Source: a virus. Taken from it: a DNA stretch of 64,000 nucleotides. The position numbers and the translations under genes were made by a program. The notes beneath the pieces were generated by a model. It had not been told where the DNA came from, searched no databases, and worked only from the letters and a program-made list of their open reading frames with translations. Position 1 is the stretch's first letter; each line of letters starts with the position of its first letter. Of the stretch, positions 30,387 to 39,206 are shown in pieces. The stretch spans positions 1 to 64,000 of IMG/VR virus record IMGVR_UViG_3300021356_000797. One strand, written 5' to 3'.

Positions 30387-32672
30387 ATGGCACAGCTTAA
30401 AGCAGGAAGTACAGCAGGAGGTCAGGTAATAGCAACTCAAGATTGGGTTACGTCTACTATTGTAGATGGCGCTCCTTCAGCTCTTAACACATTGAATGAA
30501 TTAGCAGCAGCTATAAATGATAACTCTAGTTATGCAGCAAGTATCACTACTGCATTGGGTGGTAAATTATCTACTACAGGTAAAGCAGCTGACTCAGATA
30601 AATTAGATGGTTATCATGCATCTAGTTTTTGGAGAAATGGTGTAAATAACACTTGGACTCCTTCAACAAATATATTACTACCACAGTCAGCTAATTCACA
30701 AGAGTGGTCTTTTGATATTACACGTAATGGTTATACTGGAGGTTATTGGCAAGTATGGGATAGTGCTAATACTACTATGCTTAAGGTTGATGCTGTATCT
30801 GGTAAGGTATCTGCTCCTTATGGATTTGTAGGAAACATACAAGGTAACGTAACCGGTAACGTAACTGGTAATGTTACAGGTAGTGCAGGTACAGCAGGTA
30901 GTGCCACAACTGCAACTACAGCAACCAATTTAGGTGCTTATTATACAGCTGACGATTGGTTTAGAGCTACGGGTGATAATAACACGGTTAGGTTCTACGG
31001 TAACAGCAGAATGATGGTGTTCCGTACAGATGGTGAAGGTGGTGATGAAGGTCACACTGGTTACGCATTTAAGTGGACATACGGAGGTAATGGCACCGGA
31101 AACACGTTAATGCTTCTTGACAATAATGGAAACGTATGGACAAAGAGTTACGGATGGTTGCACAGTAGGTTTGAAACATCTGGTGCAGCAGCAGCTGTTG
31201 AAGAAAATCTAACACCTCAAATAGCAACAGCACAGACTACCGCTGATAACGCAGCAACCGCAGCAGCAAATGCACAGTCTACTGCTGATACAGCACTTGC
31301 AAGAGCAAATGGAGCAAGAGAGGACACTGTTGCCATTGGTGAAGCAGCAGTAGAAGCGCAAGCAGCGGCAGATGCAGCACAGGCTACAGCAGACAGTAAA
31401 TTAGGGGCTACAGCAAAGGCTGCGGATTCTAATCTTTTGGATGGCATTAATAGTACATCATTCTTACGTAGTGATCAGAACGATACTATGTCTGGCACAC
31501 TCACCATTACAGGAAGTAACGGTGTAAGTAGACTAAGAATAGAAGGTACTACTCCAACTATTGACCTTGATGATGCTGATGGAGATAGTTTCTACATCCA
31601 TGTAAACGCTAACAATTTCTATGTACTTAGCGATAGAAATGGAGGGGGTAACTACGGAGATTGGGAAAGTCCACATCCATTCTATCTTGAGGCTGATACA
31701 AACAGTACATACTTATGGGGCAACAAAGTAGGTACTGCTGCATATGCTAATACAGGTGCATTTGACGCAGCAGGAACAGCTGATGCTGTTAATACACGTA
31801 TAGATGAGGAGATATTACCTGCTATTGACTCTAAACAAAATGCTGGGTCTTACCTAACAACATCTGGTAAAGCTGCTGACGCAAACAAACTTGATGGTTA
31901 CGACTGGATGCAGAGTGGTAAGAATATTCGTGCAAATGATTTCTATGCAGATAATTGGTTCAGAAACTACAACTCTGGAGAGGGTATATACAATCAAGCA
32001 ACAACTCAGCACTTTTATTCTGATCATGATGATTATTGGAATGTGGCAGGTGGTTCAGGAGCAAATGGTATCCGTTTCCGTGATGAGCACGCAGGAACTA
32101 TTAGAGGATATGTTTACGCTACAAGCAGCAATGAAGTAGGTTTCTTGGATAGTGACGGTAGCTGGGCAGTAAGAGTTGTAAGAGATTCTCACGTTGAATT
32201 TAGAGACAACAATGAAGTAACATTTACTGCAGGTCAAGGGGGTCACTCCTCTAACTACGGTACAGTTTGTACTCACGGTGGTGGACGTGGTGGTTGGGAA
32301 GGATATTCTATCAACGGATGGTGGGTATGGATGTCTTCTGACGGCTCAAATTCTGGTATCTATAATGACTTAGACAATGAGTGGATGACCCGCTGGCATC
32401 GTAATGGAGGTACAGAGTTAATGCACAATGGTTCTACTAAGTTAAGTACAACAGGTAGTGGTGTAACTGTAACAGGTACTGTAACTGCAACATCTTTTAG
32501 CGGTGACGGGTCTGGATTGACTGGTGTTCCAGTAGCAGACCAAAGAACTCCTGCAACTGTAAATGGAGAACCAGCAGGTAGAGTTGTATCCATTAACTTT
32601 AACATAGACAGAGGTCTTATAGAGTTTAACCTTGATAACGGTCAAACATTTAATGGCGCATTAGCAAGATAA
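30387..32672 (+). CDS. tail fibre protein
   Basis: MAQLKAGSTAGG N-terminus, GAPSALNTLNELAAA, GNVT repeats, Ala-rich coiled coil, ADNWFRN module. Confidence 0.78.
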   Translation: MAQLKAGSTAGGQVIATQDWVTSTIVDGAPSALNTLNELAAAINDNSSYAASITTALGGKLSTTGKAADSDKLDGYHASSFWRNGVNNTWTPSTNILLPQSANSQEWSFDITRNGYTGGYWQVWDSANTTMLKVDAVSGKVSAPYGFVGNIQGNVTGNVTGNVTGSAGTAGSATTATTATNLGAYYTADDWFRATGDNNTVRFYGNSRMMVFRTDGEGGDEGHTGYAFKWTYGGNGTGNTLMLLDNNGNVWTKSYGWLHSRFETSGAAAAVEENLTPQIATAQTTADNAATAAANAQSTADTALARANGAREDTVAIGEAAVEAQAAADAAQATADSKLGATAKAADSNLLDGINSTSFLRSDQNDTMSGTLTITGSNGVSRLRIEGTTPTIDLDDADGDSFYIHVNANNFYVLSDRNGGGNYGDWESPHPFYLEADTNSTYLWGNKVGTAAYANTGAFDAAGTADAVNTRIDEEILPAIDSKQNAGSYLTTSGKAADANKLDGYDWMQSGKNIRANDFYADNWFRNYNSGEGIYNQATTQHFYSDHDDYWNVAGGSGANGIRFRDEHAGTIRGYVYATSSNEVGFLDSDGSWAVRVVRDSHVEFRDNNEVTFTAGQGGHSSNYGTVCTHGGGRGGWEGYSINGWWVWMSSDGSNSGIYNDLDNEWMTRWHRNGGTELMHNGSTKLSTTGSGVTVTGTVTATSFSGDGSGLTGVPVADQRTPATVNGEPAGRVVSINFNIDRGLIEFNLDNGQTFNGALAR

Positions 32673-32709
32673 TTTTTACTAAATTTGTAACACGAAAAAC
32701 AAAACAAAA

Positions 32710-32830
32710 ATGGCTTTAACTAAATCAGTTGAAAAATTTGGCAGCACGTTTGCCAGCGCATGCCACAGAATTACAAATGTGGATTACTACTAAAGACGCT
32801 AAAGTATGATTTGCACCAGCTGAAAAATAG
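32710..32830 (+). pseudogene. truncated remnant of a small tail-fibre assembly-type gene (MALTKSVEKFGSTFASACHRITNVDYY*)
   Basis: Strong leader (AAAACAAAACAAAAATG) and TAAATTTG element, but stop after 27 codons at 32791-32793. Confidence 0.45.
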
Positions 32831-32842
32831 ATTTAAAATAAT

Positions 32843-32855
32843 TTTAGTATATTAG
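32843..32855 (+). promoter_or_regulatory. putative late promoter TTTAGTATATTAG
   Basis: Recurrent motif; shares GTATATTAGTACTGT with the copy at 33211. Confidence 0.6.
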
Positions 32856-32880
32856 TACTGTAAATCAATACATTAATATT

Positions 32881-33207
32881 ATGCTAAAGAGATTTTGGAA
32901 CTGGTTAGTTGGAAAATGGAACTGGTTACTTGGACAAACTACCATTGATGACAAGATCATTGATGCGGCAGAAGATGTACAAGATAAAGTAGAAGATACT
33001 GTAGAGGATATCAAAGAGGTTGTAGTTGAAGCTAAGAGACGCGCTAAGCGTGTTAAAGAAGAAGCTGCTGATGTAGTAGCTGCAGTAAAAGAAGTAGGTA
33101 AGCAAGCTAAGGATGTAGCTAATGCTGCTAAGGGTACTAAACGTAAGGGACGTAAACCAGCAGCTAAGAAAAAACCTGCTACTAAGAAAACTACTCCTAA
33201 GAAATAA
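32881..33207 (+). CDS. small protein with Trp-rich amphipathic N-terminus and histone-H1-like basic tail
   Basis: RFWNWLVGKWNWLLG ... KKPATKKTTPKK. Confidence 0.7.
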   Translation: MLKRFWNWLVGKWNWLLGQTTIDDKIIDAAEDVQDKVEDTVEDIKEVVVEAKRRAKRVKEEAADVVAAVKEVGKQAKDVANAAKGTKRKGRKPAAKKKPATKKTTPKK

Positions 33208-33219
33208 TTTGTATATTAG
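33208..33219 (+). promoter_or_regulatory. putative late promoter TTTGTATATTAG
   Basis: Recurrent motif. Confidence 0.62.
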
Positions 33220-33250
33220 TACTGTTATATAACTTTTAAAACTAACTATT

Positions 33251-33541
33251 ATGGCTAAGGCTAAAAAAATTAAAGCTGAAGAGCTAGAGTCTGTACAGGC
33301 TTTGGTAACTGCTTCACGTCAAGCAGAGTCAGATTTCTTTAGAGCTTCTACAGAAGCAGAGCGCATTGCAGCATTACGTACAGCTGCTTTTGAAAATATG
33401 GGATCTACCCAAGAAGCTTTGCAAGCTGAGATGAATAAGCTTAAAGAAGTATATGGTGACATCGTAGTTAACTTGGAAACAGGTGAGTACGAAGATGCAC
33501 CAGCACAAGAAGAAGCTCCAGCATTGGAAGTAGTTGAGTAA
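33251..33541 (+). CDS. small coiled-coil protein (possible fibre assembly chaperone)
   Basis: KIKAEELE...LKEVYGDIVVNLETGEY pattern. Confidence 0.7.
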   Translation: MAKAKKIKAEELESVQALVTASRQAESDFFRASTEAERIAALRTAAFENMGSTQEALQAEMNKLKEVYGDIVVNLETGEYEDAPAQEEAPALEVVE

Positions 33542-33563
33542 GCTTACACTCAAACAAAATCTG

Positions 33564-33594
33564 AAGCCATCCTTTGATTAGGGTGGCTTTTTTT
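33564..33594 (+). terminator. intrinsic terminator whose T-tract runs into the next promoter motif (33592-33603)
   Basis: AAGCCATCCT-ttgatt-AGGGTGGCTT TTTTT GTATATTAT. Confidence 0.8.
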
Positions 33595-33638
33595 GTATAT
33601 TATAATATAAAGAGTTTTTAAATATAACTAGATAAATT

Positions 33639-34223
33639 ATGGCAACTTCAACAACTACCACCAGTATTGTTCTTAACTGGACTCCTGCAGGTGGCTCTAA
33701 TTCAACAGGCCAAGAGGTGCAAAGAAGTCCTGCAGGTGCAGGTACATATACTACACTTGCTACTTTAGGTCCAACAATTAATACATATACAGATACTACA
33801 GCGGTAGTAGATACCGTATATGACTATCAAATTGTAAACATTTGTGCAGTAGGTGGTCCTACTAGTAGTGGTACAAGTGATATTGTAGATATTAGTTGTG
33901 TTTCTTTAACAGCAAATGTACAAGGTCTTATTGTAGATGGTGAATACGGTGAATTATTTAACGATACTAGCTGGCTATCATTTGATATTTTGGATGAGAC
34001 TGGTGCTTCTGTTATTCAAGCATTAACTGTTCCTACTGGTCAAGGTGCTGGTCTTTACACTAGTACTGATGCTGGTATGAGTTATGATACTAATTATATC
34101 TTAAGAGCTACTCTTACTGCTCCTAATGGTACTATTGAAAAATGTGATGTCCCATTCTCTACCGGTGCTCAACCAGATTGTGAGGCTCCAACTAACTTAA
34201 CAGTTTCTGTAGTACAAGCTTAG
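33639..34223 (+). CDS. FN3-domain structural protein; candidate major subunit of a donor-strand fibre
   Basis: LNWTPAGG...YTD...YDYQIVNIC; C-terminal CEAPTNLTVS; flanked by own promoter and hairpin. Confidence 0.75.
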   Translation: MATSTTTTSIVLNWTPAGGSNSTGQEVQRSPAGAGTYTTLATLGPTINTYTDTTAVVDTVYDYQIVNICAVGGPTSSGTSDIVDISCVSLTANVQGLIVDGEYGELFNDTSWLSFDILDETGASVIQALTVPTGQGAGLYTSTDAGMSYDTNYILRATLTAPNGTIEKCDVPFSTGAQPDCEAPTNLTVSVVQA

Positions 34224-34230
34224 TTTTAAA

Positions 34231-34277
34231 ATAGTAATTTAGATAGGGTGGATAATTTTCACCCTATCTAATACTAT
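34231..34277 (+). terminator. long inverted repeat (terminator/attenuator or mRNA-stabilising stem)
   Basis: ATAGTA..TTAGATAGGGTG-gataatttt-CACCCTATCTAA-TACTAT. Confidence 0.75.
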
Positions 34278-34308
34278 TAGAGGAGTGTAGTATTAATATT
34301 ATTTAGAT

Positions 34309-34860
34309 ATGGCTTTAAAACTTACTTGGATCCCTGCAGGTGGGCAAAACAGTACCGGTCAAGAAATATATAGATCTGGAGATTACGTTGATTCAGTAGG
34401 TCCTACTGAGAGTACGTATCTTGATAATCCACCTATTCCAAATACTACATATGAATACACAATAGTAAATCTTTGTAGTAGTGGAGGACCTACTTCTTCA
34501 GACCCTGTAGTAGGTGTTAATTGGGAGTGTCCTTCAATTACCGTTACAGAAGTAAGCGGTGACTTGCGAGTGAATGTAGGAGAAATCCAATCTGGTTATA
34601 TAATTTCTGTAGATCTTTATAATAGTGATGGTACTACACTTATACAGTCAGGAGATTCTTTTCAACCAACAAGAAATAGTGTTATTTCTTTATTTACAAA
34701 TTTAACTGCTGGTAATACATATACTGTTGTAGTTTCCGTAGCAGCTCAAGGTTTAGATGAAAGTCCAGACCTTAACTATATTAATGACTGTACAGAGCAA
34801 GCCACTTTAAGTGCTTCATGTACTCAAGCAACTAATGTATCAGCAAACCCACAATACTAA
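34309..34860 (+). CDS. FN3-domain protein, paralog 2
   Basis: LTWIPAGGQNSTGQE...YEYTIVNLC; C-terminal CTQATNVSA. Confidence 0.75.
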   Translation: MALKLTWIPAGGQNSTGQEIYRSGDYVDSVGPTESTYLDNPPIPNTTYEYTIVNLCSSGGPTSSDPVVGVNWECPSITVTEVSGDLRVNVGEIQSGYIISVDLYNSDGTTLIQSGDSFQPTRNSVISLFTNLTAGNTYTVVVSVAAQGLDESPDLNYINDCTEQATLSASCTQATNVSANPQY

Positions 34861-35552
34861 TGGCAACAATCGTAGTTACATGGACACCTGGTGGAGGACC
34901 TACAGCAGTTAGTCAAAAAGTGAAAAGGTCTGTTAGTGGAGCTAATAACTTTATTGAGCTTGTTGAAATAACTGATCCTACTGTTTCTACTTATACAGAT
35001 ACTCAGGCTGATGATAATACATTGTATGATTATCAGGTTGTAACTGTTTGTAGTGTTGGTCCGGACACAATTAATAGCGGAGGATTTCCTCCAACCATTT
35101 ATATTGATTGTGGTACAGCAACTTTAAATTCATATTCAGCTTCAGGTGGTGGAAACACGTTTCCTGAAATTTCTTTTACTATTCCAAGTAGAACGGGTAC
35201 AGACGTAAAAATTCAGTCTTATCAGTGGAAAGATGCTTCAGGCACTGCTATAGATTATCAATATACTGTTAATACTCAAAATGCTGTTACAGGAACAATT
35301 AGTAGTGATTCAAATGGTAATTTATTATCTTGGAGTACTCAGTATACATTGCACGTAACATTTAAGTCTACAGATGACGCTTTTACTAGAGAGTGTACAT
35401 TTGACATAACTACGGCGGCACAACCGGCTAGTTGTACAGCGGCAACAAACTTTACTGTAACAAATGAATATAGAACCGACTTTAACTATCCTGTAGATTC
35501 ATCTTCATCAGATCCTAGTGAAGGTTCAGGTGAAGGAAGTTTACCAGCTTAA
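34860..35552 (+). CDS. FN3-domain protein, paralog 3
   Basis: VTWTPGGG...YDYQVVTVC; CTAATNFTVT followed by a Ser-rich tail. Confidence 0.75.
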   Translation: MATIVVTWTPGGGPTAVSQKVKRSVSGANNFIELVEITDPTVSTYTDTQADDNTLYDYQVVTVCSVGPDTINSGGFPPTIYIDCGTATLNSYSASGGGNTFPEISFTIPSRTGTDVKIQSYQWKDASGTAIDYQYTVNTQNAVTGTISSDSNGNLLSWSTQYTLHVTFKSTDDAFTRECTFDITTAAQPASCTAATNFTVTNEYRTDFNYPVDSSSSDPSEGSGEGSLPA

Positions 35553-35564
35553 AAGTAAAAAAGA

Positions 35565-36740
35565 ATGTCAGAAAATTCTAGATTTAAAATAACTTGGACA
35601 CCCAGTTCTGCAGCTGTTTCTCAAAAGCTTTATAGATCTTTGAGTAATACGGGTCCTTGGACTTTAATAGCAACCTTAGGGCCTACTGTAGATAGTTATA
35701 CAGATAGTTCTGTAGATCCTACACCTGCGGATGTTTACTATTATAAGCTTGATACTATTTGTTCTAATGGTAATTCAGAAACTGCTGTAGTATTTGATAC
35801 AGCTATTAATTGTGATTCTAATGGTAAAACTAGATTATTTGGTTTGGTTAATAATGCTACAGAAACAAATAATATTTTAGATTTTACTTATTATGATACT
35901 GCAAATTTATTTGCAAATACTTATTATTCTGCAAGTACTTCCTATCCTAAAACTATTACAGTAGATAAAACAGACCCTATTGTAGTAGTTTGTCAAAAAT
36001 GTGGACAAGATGTAACTTATTCTTTAAATGCTACTTCTGCTAGTTTTGGAGCTACTCAAACTTTAGGTGATTATAGCTATTTAAGTACGCAGGGGCATAT
36101 TATAAAATATTTACCAACTTCTCCAACTGGTTTAGGTGGAAGTAGTAATAATAATGCAGGGACCGTTCGTCAAAAACTTTACGAGGGTACTTTAGCTCCT
36201 GTGGGTGGTAGATTCCAATTAGGAGTAGGTAATACTGGTTCTAATACCTGGGTTGGTTGGGGATTTGGTTATGTGTCGGCAAATGCTAATACAAGTGTAG
36301 CCACAACTAATTTGACTTGGAATTATGGTGAAATGCCTTCTTCTACAAGTACTGCTAATGGTGGTTTTACTGGAATTAGAATTAGCAAAGCTGACTGGGA
36401 TGGTAATTCTCCAGGAACTGAAGATTTTTCGTCAGCTTTAGCACAACTGACTGGATCTAACTGGTATGTGAGTATTTTAGATTCTTCTAATCTTGTTTAT
36501 GTTGATAACACTGCTTATGGAGGATTAAGCTGTGAACATCATATATACAAACTTACAAGAAAATCAGCTTGGGATTATGTTGTAAATGGTGTAATAACTC
36601 ATTATGGATTTATTATGCAAAGGTATAGCTATGTAGATTATAATGGTTATAGAATTTATAGTAGTCCTATTAGACAGCATTATTTTCCTTATACTGCAGG
36701 TCAACAGCCTGATGCATATTTAAAAATATTTAGTCTTTAA
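35565..36740 (+). CDS. FN3-domain protein with large aromatic-rich C-terminal domain; candidate tip adhesin
   Basis: ITWTPS...YTD...YYYKLDTIC; no terminal CxxPTN strand. Confidence 0.7.
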   Translation: MSENSRFKITWTPSSAAVSQKLYRSLSNTGPWTLIATLGPTVDSYTDSSVDPTPADVYYYKLDTICSNGNSETAVVFDTAINCDSNGKTRLFGLVNNATETNNILDFTYYDTANLFANTYYSASTSYPKTITVDKTDPIVVVCQKCGQDVTYSLNATSASFGATQTLGDYSYLSTQGHIIKYLPTSPTGLGGSSNNNAGTVRQKLYEGTLAPVGGRFQLGVGNTGSNTWVGWGFGYVSANANTSVATTNLTWNYGEMPSSTSTANGGFTGIRISKADWDGNSPGTEDFSSALAQLTGSNWYVSILDSSNLVYVDNTAYGGLSCEHHIYKLTRKSAWDYVVNGVITHYGFIMQRYSYVDYNGYRIYSSPIRQHYFPYTAGQQPDAYLKIFSL

Positions 36741-36768
36741 CATTAAGGCTTTTAATTAAGGGTGAAAT

Positions 36769-36780
36769 TTTGTATATTAT
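36769..36780 (+). promoter_or_regulatory. putative late promoter TTTGTATATTAT
   Basis: Recurrent motif. Confidence 0.62.
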
Positions 36781-36830
36781 AATGTAGGGTGCAAACCCAA
36801 CTTGGCTAAGTATTTACAAAATTTTAGTAT

Positions 36831-38051
36831 ATGATTCCTATATCATCAAGCAACTATCAACAAGGTTGTGACCCTATATCATCTAATTGTGTAATTTGGC
36901 AAGGACCAGATCTACCAATTATTGGTCTTTGTAAGGGAGACAGTATTAGTGATGTAATTAAAAAACTTGCAGACTCCTTAGTAGAAATTAGTGATTCAGT
37001 TTCTACTGCAGGTGTAGACTTGAGTTGTTTACAACTATCAAATCCACCTGAAACAACTGCTGATCTTTTTCAAATAATTGTAGATGAACTTTGTAGCCTA
37101 GATAGTAGATGTGATAATTTAGAAAGTGGAGGCGGTTCTACAGGAACTGCAGAAATTACAGCTACTTTACCTTTATGTCTACAATATACTAATGCTCAAA
37201 ATGATTTAGTTACCCAACTTCCTATTGATGAGTATGCTGAGCTTGTTGCAGCAAAGGTGTGTGATATTATTGCAGACATTACAATAATTAATACTCAGAT
37301 TTCAGATCATGAGACTCGCATTACTAACCTGGAAAATAATACAGGAAGTGGTGACTATACAACTCCTCAAATTACTCCCAACTGTGTTCTTCCTTCAGTA
37401 CCTACAGATATTGATGTAGTTCTAGATGAATTAGAAGATCAGTTTTGTACACTTGATACTGTACTAGGAGGTTCAACATCTTTGCTAGCTTCTACTAGTT
37501 ATCAGTGTGATTTGTTGTCTACTGATAACCAATTAGGTGGTAGCGGTACAATGAGTTCATTAGAAGGTTGGGTTACCCCAGTTAGTAGTGTAGCAGATTC
37601 ATTAACTAATATGTGGTTGACTATCTGTGATATGCGTGCAGCTATTAAAGATATTCAGACTAACTGTTGTACAGGAGCTACATGTAATGATGTAATTTTT
37701 AGTGCATTTGGTTCATACGCAAATGATACTATCACACTAAACTTTGGAGGATCAGTTATTCCTGCAGGATTTAGTGAATGTAATCCTGCAGGCAATAGCG
37801 TTACTATTACAGATGCTGCATCTAATACTTATAGCACTACTGTATCAGTAAGTGGCGCACTTGTTGGTGATGGTACAGAAACTATTGATATATCTGGATC
37901 ACAATTAAGTGACATTTCTAATTATTTTGTTACAATTACACTTTGTGTTACAGATGGTGATATTACTTGTGAAAAATTACTTTCATTTGAAGTTGTAAAT
38001 GACGCATCTTCTTGTGGAGTTCCAACAGGTATTTCAGTAACATTATCATAA
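36831..38051 (+). CDS. Cys-rich acidic structural protein with coiled coil and Ig-like domain; candidate fibre base
   Basis: PISSNCVIWQGPDL, ISDHETRITNLE coiled coil, C-terminal CGVPTGISVTLS. Confidence 0.7.
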   Translation: MIPISSSNYQQGCDPISSNCVIWQGPDLPIIGLCKGDSISDVIKKLADSLVEISDSVSTAGVDLSCLQLSNPPETTADLFQIIVDELCSLDSRCDNLESGGGSTGTAEITATLPLCLQYTNAQNDLVTQLPIDEYAELVAAKVCDIIADITIINTQISDHETRITNLENNTGSGDYTTPQITPNCVLPSVPTDIDVVLDELEDQFCTLDTVLGGSTSLLASTSYQCDLLSTDNQLGGSGTMSSLEGWVTPVSSVADSLTNMWLTICDMRAAIKDIQTNCCTGATCNDVIFSAFGSYANDTITLNFGGSVIPAGFSECNPAGNSVTITDAASNTYSTTVSVSGALVGDGTETIDISGSQLSDISNYFVTITLCVTDGDITCEKLLSFEVVNDASSCGVPTGISVTLS

Positions 38052-38054
38052 AAC

Positions 38055-39191
38055 ATGGCAACATTAACAATTAATTTTAATACTACAGCCAATGCTGTTA
38101 AGTACAGGATTAAAGTAAGACAATCTGGTACCAGCACTTATGCAATCCATGAGGTTACTAGTAGTCCACTAGTTTTAGATAATATTCCTTGTGGTATTGC
38201 TTATGAGGGTACTGTTCAGGCAATTTGCTCTGAAGGTATTCCGTGTGATAGATATAACGTCTTTACTCATGGTCCAGCAGATGGTGATGTGTATTATGAT
38301 AATTGTGCTACTGGAGAGTCTGAATCTCAGGCTCTTACGGGTTGGGATAATTTTCATGTTTGTAGTAGAACAACGCCTGTTGTACAAGGGTCTTCTGGAA
38401 CTACAGTAACTAAAGTATCTCAAGGAGAATGTACCTCTCCTTCACCAGAAGAAATTAGTGGACCAGTTTACTGGTCAGCTACAGCAGCTACTTGTCCTGC
38501 TGACTCTTATGTATTTACAAACTGTGCTGATGGTACAACTGAGAAGTATATAAGTAAAGTTATTTGGACTAGTAGCAACGTTTATGGCTCAGCTCCTGCA
38601 AGCAATTTAGTATATGAAATTGATTTTGATGGTAATGGCTATAGCTGTTGGACATATAGTCGTGAAGACGATAGTACACAACATCCTTCAGGAAATACTA
38701 TTCCTTTAGATGTAAATCAATCTGTCTTTAATGATTGTCAACAGTGTGCTGGCATTTATGCTCACAAGTTTGAAAATTGTAGTAGCGGAGTTATTACTTG
38801 GATTTTACCTAGTGCTTGGAGTACAGTTTCAGGTGGTACAGCTCCTGTATTAAATACTGTATATAGAGGAAGGTTTAATCAGATAGTAGGTTGTTATAAA
38901 TATTTAGGATCTGAAAATACTAACTCAGCTGTTGGTACAGTGTCTTCTAACTTTACTTTACAGACTTATTCTAATTGTCAGACTTGTCCAGATACCTTCT
39001 ATTCTCTAAGATCTTGTGATGGTACTACAACTCAAACTGGATTTTACTATGGTGTACAGTTAAGCCCAGGGCAATCAGTAAGATTGCTAGGTCTTCCTAC
39101 ACAATGCTGGGAAGTTATGGGAACTTCTACTTCTAACAGTGGATTAGAAATTACTCAAGTGTTTAATGATTGTGATTCTTGTGCAGTTTAA
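38055..39191 (+). CDS. FN3-like N-terminus plus tandem Cys-rich repeats
   Basis: TLTINF...YRIKVR...YEGTVQAIC, then repeats YxxxxC...C[WY]...[FY]xxCxxC. Confidence 0.72.
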   Translation: MATLTINFNTTANAVKYRIKVRQSGTSTYAIHEVTSSPLVLDNIPCGIAYEGTVQAICSEGIPCDRYNVFTHGPADGDVYYDNCATGESESQALTGWDNFHVCSRTTPVVQGSSGTTVTKVSQGECTSPSPEEISGPVYWSATAATCPADSYVFTNCADGTTEKYISKVIWTSSNVYGSAPASNLVYEIDFDGNGYSCWTYSREDDSTQHPSGNTIPLDVNQSVFNDCQQCAGIYAHKFENCSSGVITWILPSAWSTVSGGTAPVLNTVYRGRFNQIVGCYKYLGSENTNSAVGTVSSNFTLQTYSNCQTCPDTFYSLRSCDGTTTQTGFYYGVQLSPGQSVRLLGLPTQCWEVMGTSTSNSGLEITQVFNDCDSCAV

Positions 39192-39206
39192 AAAAAATAA
39201 ATAATT

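Noticed and set aside
30843-30880. GGTAACGTAAC-type short tandem repeat as a contingency locus
   Set aside because: It is an in-frame 12-nt GNVT coding repeat typical of fibre shafts and is degenerate at wobble positions
22244-32672. Diversity-generating retroelement or shufflon acting on the fibres
   Set aside because: No reverse transcriptase or recombinase in the window; the repeats differ at synonymous sites of all bases rather than only at adenines; no inverted cassettes
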